DNA of 64,000 bases from an uncultured Alphaproteobacteria bacterium. GTDB taxonomy: Bacteria > Pseudomonadota > Alphaproteobacteria > Rhizobiales > Rhizobiaceae. Shown here in pieces: positions 1 through 9,940 of this stretch. Where the stretch lies: assembly GCA_963838565.1 (NCBI GenBank), contig CAWIRO010000006.1, positions 6,595 through 70,594 of the forward strand, in the 5' to 3' direction. Each line of letters opens with the position of its first letter. Positions within the stretch are counted from its first letter, which is position 1. The position numbers were made by a program, and so were the translations under genes. The notes beneath the pieces were generated by a model that was not told the DNA's origin, did not search any database, and saw only the letters and a list, made by a program, of their open reading frames with translations.

Positions 1-698
1 TCGGCCATTTCCGATGCCGCGGTATGGGCTGCCGGCGCGCCGATATTGATCGCCGCGACCGTGAGGCCGCTATCGTTTTCGACTGGGACCGCCATAGAGC
101 AAAGACCAATTTCGAGCTCCTGATCGATGATCGCGTAGCCTTGCGAGCGCACACGATGGAGTTCGGCGATCAGCTCTTCCGGATCGGTCTTGGTGTTCGG
201 CGTATTCGCCTTCAACTCGGTGCGGGCGAGGATCGCGCGCGCTTCGCTTTCCGGCAGCGCGGCGAGCAGCACGCGGCCCATGGAGGCGCAGAAGGCAGGC
301 AGGCGGCTGCCCGGCGTGAGATTGATCGACATGACCCGGCGCTGCGACGCGCGGGCGATATAGACGATCTCGGTGCCGTCGAGAACCGAGGCCGAGGCGC
401 TCTGGCCGGCTTTTTCGGACAATTGATCAAGATGCGGTTGGATCAGGACCGGCAGCGGTGTCGCAGAAAGGTAGGCATGGCCGAGACGGAGGATCTTTGG
501 CGTCAGCGTGAAGAACTTGCCGTCGTAGTCCGCATAGCCAAGTTCGGCGAGCGTCAGCAGCGAGCGGCGGACGGTGGCGCGGTCAAGTCCGGCGAGTTTC
601 GAGGCCTCCGTGATCGACAGGCGCTGTTTAGTCTCCCCAAAAGCCTCAATGACTTTCAGGCCGCGGGCGAAGCCGCTGACGAAATCCGTTTCACGCAT
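1..698 (-). CDS. pcaR: IclR-family regulator of the pca genes (3' end outside window)
   Basis: Read manually from ATG 698: MRETDFVSGFARGLKVIEAFGETKQRLSITEASKLAGLDRATVRRSLLTLAELGY..FTLTPKILRLGHAYL, an IclR HTH. Divergent from pcaIJF. Absent from the ORF track because it has no stop in the window. Confidence 0.9.
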   Translation of the reverse strand, partial: MRETDFVSGFARGLKVIEAFGETKQRLSITEASKLAGLDRATVRRSLLTLAELGYADYDGKFFTLTPKILRLGHAYLSATPLPVLIQPHLDQLSEKAGQSASASVLDGTEIVYIARASQRRVMSINLTPGSRLPAFCASMGRVLLAALPESEARAILARTELKANTPNTKTDPEELIAELHRVRSQGYAIIDQELEIGLCSMAVPVENDSGLTVAAINIGAPAAHTAASEMA

Positions 699-722
699 TG
701 ACCTCCAAACTGGCGTCCATTC

Positions 723-757
723 TGTGCGATATACGAACAAATGTCAAATAACGCACA
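723..757. promoter_or_regulatory. PcaR/PobR-type operator
   Basis: TGTGCGATATACGAACA (723-739) fits the IclR/PcaR GTNCG-N5-CGNAC palindrome. A degenerate second site GTCAAATAACGCAC follows, between the divergent pcaR and pcaI. Confidence 0.7.
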
Positions 758-828
758 AAGCATTTGACGGCGGATTGGAGGAAGCGCTTATTGGCTGCGA
801 CTTGAAGACGGATTTTTCAGGAGGGCTC

Positions 829-1678
829 ATGGCGAGGATCGTATCGCTTAAGGACGCGGTGGCGGAGAATGTGAAGGATGGAGACACTGTCGCCATGGAG
901 GGGTTCACGCATCTGATCCCTTATGCGGCGGGGCATGAGGTCATCCGCCAGGGGAGGAAAGACCTCTATCTGATCCGCATGACGCCGGATATTCTCTACG
1001 ATCAGTTGATCGGCGTGGGTGCGGCGCGCGGCATGAAATTTTCCTGGGGCGGCAATCCGGGCGTCGGCTCCCTGCACCGCTTCCGCGATGCGGTCGAGAA
1101 CCAGTGGCCCCGGCCGCTGGAAATCGAGGAACACTCCCATGCGGCGATGGCGAACGGCTATGAGGCGGGTGCCGCAAACCTGCCGTTTGCGATGCTTCGC
1201 GGCTATATCGGCGCCGATCTGCCCAAGGTCAATCCGAACATCAAATCCGTGACCTGCCCGTTCACCGGCGAGGTGCTGGCCGCGGTTCCGGCGATCCGGC
1301 CGGACGTCTCGATCATCCATGCGCTGCGCGCCGACCGGAAGGGAAATGTTCTGCTTGAAGGCATTGTCGGCGTGCAGAAGGAGGCGGTACTGGCCGCCAG
1401 GCGCTCGATCGTCACCGTCGAGGAGATCGTCGATGAACTCAACCCGCCATCGCCGAATTCCATCGTGCTGCCCTCCTGGGCAGTGACGGCAGTGGCGCAC
1501 GTACCAGGTGGGGCGTTTCCCTCCTACGCGCAGGGGTACTATGCGCGCTCGAACGCCTTTTACATCGCCTGGGACGAGATCGCCCGCGATCGCGACAGCC
1601 TTCCTGAAATGGATCGACGAGAACGTGATGCAGGCAAGCCCCGAAGACTTTGCCAAGCATGCGAAGAAGGTTGCGTGA
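829..1678 (+). CDS. pcaI: 3-oxoadipate CoA-transferase subunit A (glutaconate CoA-transferase-like); +1 frameshift near 1600
   Basis: MARIVSLKDAVAENVKDGDTVAMEGFTHLIPYAAGHEVIRQ..SWGGNPGVGSLHR. Removing one base near 1600 gives ..FLKWIDENVMQASPEDFAKHAKKVA* (TGA 1676-1678). Confidence 0.9.
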
Positions 1679-1688
1679 GGAGGCCAGG

Positions 1689-2472
1689 ATGAGCGACTTT
1701 ACCCCTACCGAAATGATGACCATTGCCGCAGCGCGTGCGCTGACAAATGATGACGTCTGCTTCGTCGGCATCGGCGCGCCATCTGCCGCCTGCAACGTGG
1801 CGCGGCTGACGCATGCGCCGGATATCACGCTGATCTACGAGAGCGGCACGGTCGGTACCAAGCCGGATGTGCTGCCGCTTTCGATCGGCGACGGCGAGCT
1901 TTGCGAAACTGCGCTCTTTACGGTCTCGGTGCCGGAGATGTTCCGGTACTGGCTGCAGGGCGGACGTATCACCACCGGCTTCCTCGGCGGTGCACAGATC
2001 GACAAGTTCGCGAACCTCAATACGACGGTTGTCGGCCCCTACGATCACCCGAAGGTGCGGCTGCCGGGCGGCGGCGGGGCACCGGAAATTGCCAGCAATT
2101 GCGGCCAGATATTCATCACCATGGCGCTTTCCAAGCGTGGTTTTGTGGAGAGGCTGAATTTCATCACCTCGATGGGCCATGGCGAAGGCGGCGATCATCG
2201 GAAGCGTCTCGGCATGACGACCAAGGGCCCGACGCGGGTGATCACCGATCTGTGCATCATGGAGCCCGACCCGGTGACCAAGGAGCTGACCGTCGTCTCG
2301 ATCCATCACGGCGTCACGCGCGAGGCAGATCATCGAGAATTGCGGCTGGGCGATCAAATTTGCCGACACGGTGATTGAGACGCCTGTTCCGACCGAGACG
2401 GAATTGCAGACGCTGCGCGACATCAACGCGCGCACCAAGAAGGCCCACCAGGGCGACAAGGAGGCTGCGTAA
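1689..2472 (+). CDS. pcaJ: 3-oxoadipate CoA-transferase subunit B; +1 frameshift near 2325
   Basis: VCFVGIGAPSAACN..LIYESG..GGAQID..RLPGGGGAPE. The C-terminus continues QIIENCGWAIKFAD..EAA* and overlaps the pcaF ATG (TAATG). Confidence 0.9.
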
Positions 2473-3677
2473 TGGCTGACGCTTTCATTTGCGATTACAT
2501 CCGCACGCCGATCGGGCGCTTCGGCGGTTCGCTTTCGTCGGTGCGTGCGGACGATCTCGGGGCGATCCCTCTGAAGGCGCTGATGGAGCGTAACCGTTCG
2601 GTTGATTGGGAAGCCGTCGACGACGTCGTTTTCGGCTGCGCCAACCAGGCGGGCGAGGACAACCGCAACGTCGCGCGCATGTCGCTGCTGCTTGCCGGCC
2701 TGCCGGTTTCAGTGTCGGGCACGACGATCAACCGGCTTTGCGGCTCGGGCATGGATGCTGTGATTGTTGCTGCGCGCGCCATTCGCGCCGGCGAGGCGGA
2801 GCTGATGATCGCCGGCGGTGTGGAGAGCATGTCGCGCGCACCCTTCGTGATGCCGAAAGCGGAGACGGCCTTTTCGCGCAATGCCGAGATCTACGACACG
2901 ACGATCGGCTGGCGTTTCGTCAATCCGCTGATGAAAAAGCAGTACGGCGTCGATTCCATGCCGGAGACGGGCGAGAACGTTGCGGAGGACTATCAGGTCA
3001 GCCGCGAGGATCAGGATGCCTTCGCCGTGCGCTCCCAGGCGAAGGCTGCCGCCTCACAAGCTAGCGGCCGGCTGGCGAAGGAGATCACGCCGGTAACGAT
3101 CCCGCAGCGCAAGGGCGATCCGGTCGTGGTCGAGAAGGACGAGCATCCGCGTGCGACGACGATGGAAGCGCTTGCCAAGCTCGGCACGCCTTTCAAGAAG
3201 GAGGGCGGCACCGTTACGGCAGGCAATGCGTCGGGCGTGAACGACGGAGCCGCGGCATTGATCATCGCCTCAGAGGCGGCCGCAAGGAAATACGGCCTGA
3301 GACCGATCGCGCGCATTCTGGGCGGCGCTAGCGCCGGCGTGCCACCGCGCGTCATGGGGATCGGGCCGGTTCCGGCATCGCGAAAGCTGATGGCGCGGCT
3401 TGGCATGACTGAGGGTCAGTTCGACGTCATCGAGCTGAATGAAGCCTTCGCCTCGCAGGGGCTGGCCGTGTTGCGCGAACTCGGCATCGCCGATGACGAC
3501 GCCCGGGTGAATCGCAATGGCGGCGCGATCGCCCTCGGCCATCCGCTCGGCATGTCGGGCGCACGGATCACCGGAACGGCAGCGCTGGAGCTTGCCGAAA
3601 CCGGCGGGCGGTATTCGCTCTCGACGATGTGCATCGGCGTGGGGCAGGGGATTGCAGTAGCCCTGGAAAGGGTTTGA
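2472..3677 (+). CDS. pcaF: beta-ketoadipyl-CoA thiolase
   Basis: Thiolase motifs NRLCGSG, NEAFA, GHPLG, CIGVGQG and the PcaF-typical [14 protein letters not shown]; pcaIJ context. Confidence 0.93.
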   Translation: MADAFICDYIRTPIGRFGGSLSSVRADDLGAIPLKALMERNRSVDWEAVDDVVFGCANQAGEDNRNVARMSLLLAGLPVSVSGTTINRLCGSGMDAVIVAARAIRAGEAELMIAGGVESMSRAPFVMPKAETAFSRNAEIYDTTIGWRFVNPLMKKQYGVDSMPETGENVAEDYQVSREDQDAFAVRSQAKAAASQASGRLAKEITPVTIPQRKGDPVVVEKDEHPRATTMEALAKLGTPFKKEGGTVTAGNASGVNDGAAALIIASEAAARKYGLRPIARILGGASAGVPPRVMGIGPVPASRKLMARLGMTEGQFDVIELNEAFASQGLAVLRELGIADDDARVNRNGGAIALGHPLGMSGARITGTAALELAETGGRYSLSTMCIGVGQGIAVALERV

Positions 3678-3749
3678 GGGGTTGGCTGCGGGAGGAGCCG
3701 GAAAAGGGCCGACAGGCGTCAGTTGCGATCGGCAATTTTCGACGTTCGG

Positions 3750-5135
3750 CTAACGCTCGCGCATTTTGCGGCTCACAAGATCGTCGCCTGCATTTGGTGG
3801 CAACCGCCAAAAAGTGATGACGCTCGATGCTGAAACGAGGCCGACGACCAAGAAGGCAATGTTAAAATCAGCGATTTCCAGCGTCCCGCCATGCAGGCTG
3901 CTGGAAATATCGAGCGATGCACCGGCGACCGCGACGCCCATGGCCATGGACAGACGCTGGGCGACCGCATTGATCGCTGTCGCCTGACCAGTGTCCGCAT
4001 CGTCGACATCGCCGAAGGCCATGGCATTGACGCCCGAAAAGGCCATGGAACGCAGCACGCCGCCGACGAGCAGGCAGGCCATGATCAGCCAGAGCGGCGT
4101 GCCTGGATGGAAGAGCCCGTTGATGGCGAGAAGGATGGCGGAGAGAAACGTTGTGACAATGAGAACGTTGCGGAAGCCGAAAGCGCCGAACATGCGTGCG
4201 GCCCCGAATTTCGAACTCAGGGAGCCGATTGCTGTGACGAATGTCACCATGCCGGATTGAAAGGGCGTCAGACCAAACCCCAGTTGCAGCATCAGCGGCA
4301 TCAGGAAAGGCAGGGCGCCCAGGCCCATGCGAAAATTCGAAGCGCCGACAATCGCTGCGCGAAACATCGGATAGCGAAACATCCTCGGATCAAGAAGCGG
4401 ATGTGCCGCGCGTCGCGCATGGAGCAGATAGAGCAGGCCGGACAGGACACCCAGCGCGATCGCTGCATACCCGTAGTACATAGGCACCGCCGGTAGGCTG
4501 ACGACGGAAATACCGAAGATAAAGGCGCTGAAGCTGATCGCCGAGAGGAAGAAGCCCGGAAAGTCGAGCGGCTTCGGAACACGCGCTTCGATGGGCGGAA
4601 GAAGTCTCGTGACCAGAATGATGCCTGCAATGCCGATCGGGACGTTGATCCAGAAAATCCAATGCCAGCTCAGATAGGTCGTGAGGAATCCGCCGACCGG
4701 CGGCCCGAGGATCGGGCCGACAAGGGCAGGGATCGTTAGCCACGCGAGCGCATCGACCAGCTGGTTGCGGGGGGTGCCGCGCACCAGAAGAAGCCTGCTC
4801 ACCGGCGTCATCATCGATCCGCCCGCGCCCTGGATGAGACGCGCGATGACGAAGGCCTCGATGGAATTGGAAAAAGCGCAGCCGATGGAGCCGATCATGA
4901 AAACCCCGATCGCCAGCCGGAAGATATTAAGCGCGCCGAAGCGATCGGACATCCAGCCGCTTATGGGGATGAAGACCGCAAGCGCCACCAGATAGCTGGT
5001 CACCGCGAGCTTCAGCGCGATCGGCGACGTGCCGATATCGGTCGCGATGGCGGGCAGGCTCGTTGCGATGATCGTCGAGTCCATCCGTTCCATGAACAGG
5101 GCGACTGCGAGGATGATTGGCGTGAGGCGTGACAC
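3750..5135 (-). CDS. DHA2 (14-TMS, MdtD/EmrB-like) MFS transporter
   Basis: ALFMERMDSTII motif, GWMSDRFG motif A, RLIQGAGG, GPILGPPVGG, WHWIFWINVPIG. Confidence 0.88.
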   Translation of the reverse strand: MSRLTPIILAVALFMERMDSTIIATSLPAIATDIGTSPIALKLAVTSYLVALAVFIPISGWMSDRFGALNIFRLAIGVFMIGSIGCAFSNSIEAFVIARLIQGAGGSMMTPVSRLLLVRGTPRNQLVDALAWLTIPALVGPILGPPVGGFLTTYLSWHWIFWINVPIGIAGIILVTRLLPPIEARVPKPLDFPGFFLSAISFSAFIFGISVVSLPAVPMYYGYAAIALGVLSGLLYLLHARRAAHPLLDPRMFRYPMFRAAIVGASNFRMGLGALPFLMPLMLQLGFGLTPFQSGMVTFVTAIGSLSSKFGAARMFGAFGFRNVLIVTTFLSAILLAINGLFHPGTPLWLIMACLLVGGVLRSMAFSGVNAMAFGDVDDADTGQATAINAVAQRLSMAMGVAVAGASLDISSSLHGGTLEIADFNIAFLVVGLVSASSVITFWRLPPNAGDDLVSRKMRER

Positions 5136-5281
5136 GAGAGGTCCTGATAGGAAATACGCCTTCCTTTAGAGCACGCATCGGCCGCGCGCCAGCCGAATAT
5201 TGCGGGAGGAAGGCTGCCGGGCGACGTCGTCACGCGGGTAGAGGAAGCGCTGTCACGCTGCAGGTCGGTGCCGAGCGCCTC

Positions 5282-6037
5282 CTACCTCGTTGCTTGGCGG
5301 ATGGGTATGGCGTGCCGGATGTCCGTCTCAGCCTTGTCGAGGAGTCGGTTCGTGGCCTCGCGAGCTGCAGATGCATCCCGCATTCGAATGCTCTCGAACA
5401 CCTCAAGATGGACGTGCAATGTCTGGGCCTCGGAGAGGGTCAATTTGTGAGTGATGAGGAACGTGGCCCTAAGCGCGGCGTCGATCGTGCCCATCAGTCC
5501 GCGTAGTACGATATTATGGCTGGCATAGAGCACGGCACGGTGGAAGTTAACGTCCGATTCACAACACGCCACAATGTCGTCAGGAAGCGCGCGCTCCATT
5601 CCCAGGTAGGCATTCTCGATTGTTGCCAGGTCGTTGCTGGTGGCACGTTGGGCCGCCATTTCAGCGGCCGCTGGCTCGATCAGCCGTCGAGCTTCCAAGA
5701 GATCTGTCAGTAGTTCCGAATCTTGGCTGATGTCCGGATGCCAGGAAAGAACAGCCGGATCAAGCAGCCTCCATTCGTCACGTGACCGAACGCGAACGCC
5801 GACGCGTTGGCGTGTCTCAATGAGTCCCTTGGCTGACAGGACTTTAATTGCCTCACGTATCGTGGTGCGGCTGACCTTGAATTCTTCCGCCAGCTCGTCC
5901 TCTCGCGGAATCGTCGTCTCCGGCGTGTAGATACCACCGAGCACGCGCTGCGCGATCGATCGCACCACTTTGTCATGGACCTTGCCGCCATCGCTCGCCG
6001 GCCCGGAATTCAGTCCCGCTCGATCTAGTGCTTTCAT
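5282..6037 (-). CDS. GntR/FadR-family regulator (DgoR-like)
   Basis: HTH IPREDELAEEFKVSRTTIREAIKVLSAKGL, DgoR-like RSRDEWRLLDPAVLSW, FCD motifs DVNFH and ASHN. Start taken at MKALDR. Confidence 0.85.
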   Translation of the reverse strand: MKALDRAGLNSGPASDGGKVHDKVVRSIAQRVLGGIYTPETTIPREDELAEEFKVSRTTIREAIKVLSAKGLIETRQRVGVRVRSRDEWRLLDPAVLSWHPDISQDSELLTDLLEARRLIEPAAAEMAAQRATSNDLATIENAYLGMERALPDDIVACCESDVNFHRAVLYASHNIVLRGLMGTIDAALRATFLITHKLTLSEAQTLHVHLEVFESIRMRDASAAREATNRLLDKAETDIRHAIPIRQATR

Positions 6038-6059
6038 GCTCACTCTCCCTGCGCCTTCC

Positions 6060-6200
6060 ATCGCTCTTGCACATGACGGCGAATATCAGAAGCGCGCCTT
6101 TGGTGAGCAGTTGACAGAATGTGCGGACGCTACTGAGGATCATCCCGTTGTTCAAGACGCCGATGATAAGGACACCAAGCATTGCGGCAGATGGGCCACG
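6060..6200 (-). pseudogene. C-terminal remnant of a sugar (RbsC-like) ABC permease
   Basis: AAMLGVLIIGVLNNGMILSSVRTFCQLLTKGALLIFAV matches the last helices of CUT2 permeases (G.LIIG.LNNG..L..V..F.Q...KG); the rest of the gene is missing. Confidence 0.65.
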
Positions 6201-6278
6201 GCTTCGGGGTGTCTCGATACGACGCCCTGAACCCGTGACGATTACACTCACCTGCCGGTTAGTCTGCCTGCGACTGCG

Positions 6279-7451
6279 TCACCAGTCGACGATGGTGCCG
6301 TCGGGCATCACGGCGTTGGAAGTGTGCAGAACTTCCGGTGCGAACGGATGTGCGTCGCAGATCCGTTCATCGATCTCAATCCCGAGGCCGGGCCGTTCGG
6401 GAACCTGCCAATGTCCATCGATCATACGGATGGGGCCGTCGACCACTTCGAAATACCAGGGAACCGCCCCCACCATTTCCTCCTGGATGACGTGATTAGG
6501 TGTGGACACGGCGAAGTGAAGCGCTGCGACACCAGCGATCGGACCAAGCGGGTTGTGAGGCGCGACGCCGATCGAGGCAGCTTCGGCCATTGCGGCGATC
6601 TTCTTGGCCTCCCACAGACCGCCACAGTGGCAGATGTCGGGCTGCACGATATCGATGGAGTTCGTTCGGAAAAGAGCGTCGAACTCAGGGCGATCGACCA
6701 GCCGCTCGCCAGTCGCGATCGGAACGTGCGTCTTCGAAGCCACCTGTCGCAGAGCTTCGTTCTCGCCCGGCGGCAGGACTTCCTCAACGAACATCGGACG
6801 GCCAGGCGCAACTGCATCGATATAGGCGATCGCGGCCGCCGCGGAGGCGGGACGCCCGTGGAAATCAACCATGATCTCGACCGCGTCGCCGACCGTCGAA
6901 CGGAGCGCCTGCATGAGTTCTGCGACCTTGTCGATGTCTTTCACGGTCGGCGAATAGTGGGTGTACGGGATAAAAACGGCCTTGAAGGCCTGATATCCGT
7001 TCTCTACGACTTGCGCCGCCCGCTGGACAAGCGGTTCCAGCTCCAAGGACTCGTAGACCGCCCGCATGTCGCCCAGCCCGAGATGGGTGTAGACCTTAAC
7101 CTTGTCCCGCACCTTTCCGCCGAGGAGCCGCCAGACAGGCTGGTCAAGGGATTTGCCGAGAATGTCCCAGAGCGCGAGCTCGATCCCCGAGATCGCCGAC
7201 ATCCCGATGACGCCGAGACGCCAGAAGGAGTGCTTCTTCAGGACGCGAACGATTTGTTCGATGTCGCGCGGATCACGGCCAATGATCAACGGCACGAGAT
7301 CCTCGATCGCGCCAACCACCGAGCGCGTCTTCCACTCAAGGGTCGCTTCGCCCCAGCCGTAAAGTCCCTGCTGATCCGTTTCAATGCGAACGAAAACCCA
7401 GTTGCGCATCTCGGCGTTGACGACACGCGTAGTGACATTGACGATTTTCAC
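6279..7451 (-). CDS. Mandelate racemase/enolase-superfamily acid-sugar dehydratase (galactonate dehydratase-like)
   Basis: GWGEATLE, SGIELALWDILGK, metal ligands MVDFHGR / FVEE / TGERL, QPD, APHN, IQE. Confidence 0.85.
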   Translation of the reverse strand: MKIVNVTTRVVNAEMRNWVFVRIETDQQGLYGWGEATLEWKTRSVVGAIEDLVPLIIGRDPRDIEQIVRVLKKHSFWRLGVIGMSAISGIELALWDILGKSLDQPVWRLLGGKVRDKVKVYTHLGLGDMRAVYESLELEPLVQRAAQVVENGYQAFKAVFIPYTHYSPTVKDIDKVAELMQALRSTVGDAVEIMVDFHGRPASAAAAIAYIDAVAPGRPMFVEEVLPPGENEALRQVASKTHVPIATGERLVDRPEFDALFRTNSIDIVQPDICHCGGLWEAKKIAAMAEAASIGVAPHNPLGPIAGVAALHFAVSTPNHVIQEEMVGAVPWYFEVVDGPIRMIDGHWQVPERPGLGIEIDERICDAHPFAPEVLHTSNAVMPDGTIVDW

Positions 7452-7480
7452 GTTTTCTTCCCGTCCGATATTTTGCTTAT

Positions 7481-7495
7481 AATTATCGTATAATT
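7481..7495. promoter_or_regulatory. Putative FadR-type operator
   Basis: Perfect inverted repeat AATTAT-CGT-ATAATT just upstream of the dehydratase in an AT-rich divergent region; a weaker copy TATCATACCATAATT follows at ~7502. Confidence 0.45.
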
Positions 7496-7704
7496 TTTTT
7501 CTATCATACCATAATTTTGGTTGTCAATGCGCCGTCGCTTGTCTAATAAGCTGCACAGGACAGAGAGACGTGATAAGGCAAAACCGAGCCTTGTCGTCCT
7601 TCGGTTTGCGCGAGCAGGGCAAATCGCCGCCGAGTTCTTCACAACAGTCAAGACCGCTTACCCCTGGCGTGAAAGGCAATCCCCAAAGTTAACGGAGGAG
7701 AAAC

Positions 7705-9057
7705 ATGAGGGAAAAGACAGCGTTGTCTGAAAATGAGGTTTATAAGAAAGTTACATGGAGGTTATTGCCGTTCATCGGCGTCTGCTATCTGGTTGCCTAT
7801 CTCGATCGCGTGAACGTAGGTTTCGCGAAGCTCCAGATGTTGAGCGACCTCGGCATGTCTGAAGCGGCGTACGGCTTCGGAGCTGGTATCTTTTTTGTCG
7901 GCTATCTTTTGTTCGAGGTACCGAGCAATCTTATCCTGCATCGGGTCGGCGCGAAAACATGGCTGGCTCGGATCATGATCACCTGGGGCATCATCTCCGG
8001 TGCCATGGCATATACGAGTCAGCTCAGTGCTTTAAGCGGCGTTAGCAGCGAGACGATGTTTTATATCTTGCGCTTCCTCCTCGGTCTTGCGGAGGCTGGA
8101 TTCTTTCCGGGCCTGATCCTGTACCTGAATTACTGGTATCCCTCGCATAGACAGGGTCGTATCGTTGCGCTGTTGATTGTTGCTCAACCCGTATCGTTCA
8201 TCGTGGGTGGGCCTCTTTCCGGATGGATCATTGACGCCTTTTCGGGTGCGGCACAGATGCACGGCTGGCAATGGATGTTCATTATCGAAGCGGTCCCCTC
8301 CATTCTATTGGGTCTGTGCATCCTGCTTTATCTCAGCAACGGCATCGAGGACTCCTCCTGGCTTTCCAGGGGAGAAAAGGACATCCTCATCAACAATCTC
8401 AAGAAGGAAAACAGAGTTAAATCGGACTACCCGCTGAGCCAATTGGTCAGGATCGGCATGGTGTGGATATTCGTCGCGATTTACCTGCTTCTTGTGATAG
8501 GGATTTACGGCATTAACTTCTGGCTGCCGTCTATTATCAAAGCAACGGGCATCCAAAGCAATTTTACCGTCGGCCTCGTCACCGCAATTCCTTATATCAT
8601 CAGCATCGTGATCATGATTTGGGCAACGCGGCATGCAGAGCAGGTCAATGAAAAACGCTGGCACACGACCATCGCGGCCGTTCTTGCGGGCCTAGGCCTC
8701 ATAGCAAGCGCCTACGTAGGATCAAACCTTGCATTGACCATCGCGTTCATCACGGTCGCGATCGCAGGAAGCCTTACAGTCAACGCTTTGTTTTGGAGTT
8801 TTCCTAGTTCGATGCTGACAGGTACCGCCGTGGCTGCCGGCATTGCGATGATCAATTCGATCGGAGCTCTTGGCGGCTTCTTTGGCCCAACACTCTTGGG
8901 TTGGCTCACTACCAGTCTCGGAAACACGAGCGCCGGGCTTGCTATCCTGGGAATTTGCTTGGTGGCAGCAGGCGTCCTTGTCGCATTGACATGCAAAAGT
9001 CATGGCCTCAGGCGAGATGAGTACATCGCCTCTGCTTCCCCATCGGTTTCAAAATGA
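7705..9057 (+). CDS. MFS anion:cation symporter (ACS; TtuB/RhmT-like acid permease)
   Basis: YLDRVNVGFAKLQM, FEVPSN, LRFLLGLAEAGFFPG, GWQWMFIIEA; good RBS (GGAGGAG); visibly lower GC. Confidence 0.9.
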   Translation: MREKTALSENEVYKKVTWRLLPFIGVCYLVAYLDRVNVGFAKLQMLSDLGMSEAAYGFGAGIFFVGYLLFEVPSNLILHRVGAKTWLARIMITWGIISGAMAYTSQLSALSGVSSETMFYILRFLLGLAEAGFFPGLILYLNYWYPSHRQGRIVALLIVAQPVSFIVGGPLSGWIIDAFSGAAQMHGWQWMFIIEAVPSILLGLCILLYLSNGIEDSSWLSRGEKDILINNLKKENRVKSDYPLSQLVRIGMVWIFVAIYLLLVIGIYGINFWLPSIIKATGIQSNFTVGLVTAIPYIISIVIMIWATRHAEQVNEKRWHTTIAAVLAGLGLIASAYVGSNLALTIAFITVAIAGSLTVNALFWSFPSSMLTGTAVAAGIAMINSIGALGGFFGPTLLGWLTTSLGNTSAGLAILGICLVAAGVLVALTCKSHGLRRDEYIASASPSVSK

Positions 9058-9062
9058 GAGTT

Positions 9063-9084
9063 GGGGGCCATAACCTTGGCCCCT
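9063..9084 (+). terminator. Hairpin after the MFS gene
   Basis: GGGGCCA-TAACCT-TGGCCCC stem-loop just after the stop codon. Confidence 0.45.
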
Positions 9085-9286
9085 GCTTCAACCCAGAGCG
9101 GGTTTGCGGTGCAAAGATAGGTCAAATGGTCTTTTCCGGCCCGTTATCGCCAGTCGCAGCGCTCGTTCCAAACCCTCCAGGACGGCTATGAGGCAGCTCG
9201 CCGTCGGGCTTCCGTTCTTAGTTGTCCAGGTCCGGCTTTATGAATCAATTGATCACGTCTCAAACCCACCAGAGGCTGCTTTCGAT

Positions 9287-9736
9287 ATGGAAAACGTGAA
9301 CAATCCAGATGTAGCCCACAATTCCCGCAGAGCAACAAACTTGGACGCAGTGATTGGATCACGTCTCAGGCTGGCTCGCATTAATGCAGGATTGTCACAG
9401 ACGACCGTCGCGGAGCGGCTCGGGATCACCTTTCAGCAAATCCAAAAATACGAAAAAGGCTCAAACCGGATCAGCGCTTCAACGCTGCATAGTATCTCCG
9501 CGATCTTTGGTCTGCCGATCACATTTTTCTTCCAGGACATCGAGAAATCGGCCGCTGCACCGAACCTAACGCTACGCAAAGCGGAGTTCGCGTTGACTAA
9601 ACGGGGACAAAGACTCCTCGAGTTTTTCCAGAGCGCGTCGCCGAAGGTTCAAGCAAGTATCATTGTGTTGCTGACCGCTGTAGCCGGAGGTAGTGACGAC
9701 GAAGACCTGGAGCTCGATGAGCAGCTCGACGAATGA
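9287..9736 (+). CDS. XRE-family HTH regulator (PraR/PhrR-like)
   Basis: IGSRLRLARINAGLSQTTVAERLGITFQQIQKYEKGSNRISAS..PITFFF, the alphaproteobacterial PraR-type signature. Confidence 0.8.
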   Translation: MENVNNPDVAHNSRRATNLDAVIGSRLRLARINAGLSQTTVAERLGITFQQIQKYEKGSNRISASTLHSISAIFGLPITFFFQDIEKSAAAPNLTLRKAEFALTKRGQRLLEFFQSASPKVQASIIVLLTAVAGGSDDEDLELDEQLDE

Positions 9737-9940
9737 CGAGAGGCTCGAAGTACTCGTTCCTGATTACGACTACGTCGTCGAACTCGTGCCACCTCAATCA
9801 ATGGTCGCGCCAACTATGAGGGCGCGATGATGCCAAAAATGTGGTGGACCTCATGGCCTGGCTGGCGGTTCTGAGCCGGCGCAGAAAACGTTGACGTACT
9901 GCTTTTGCAATACAACGGATGAGCGCGACGACCCGCAAGT

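Noticed and set aside
24-701. 225-aa plus-strand ORF
   Set aside because: Antisense shadow of pcaR, which is clearly encoded on the minus strand.
1590-2340. Programmed ribosomal frameshifting in pcaI/pcaJ and other genes
   Set aside because: No slippery heptamers or stimulatory structures seen; shifts occur in many unrelated genes, consistent with sequencing error.
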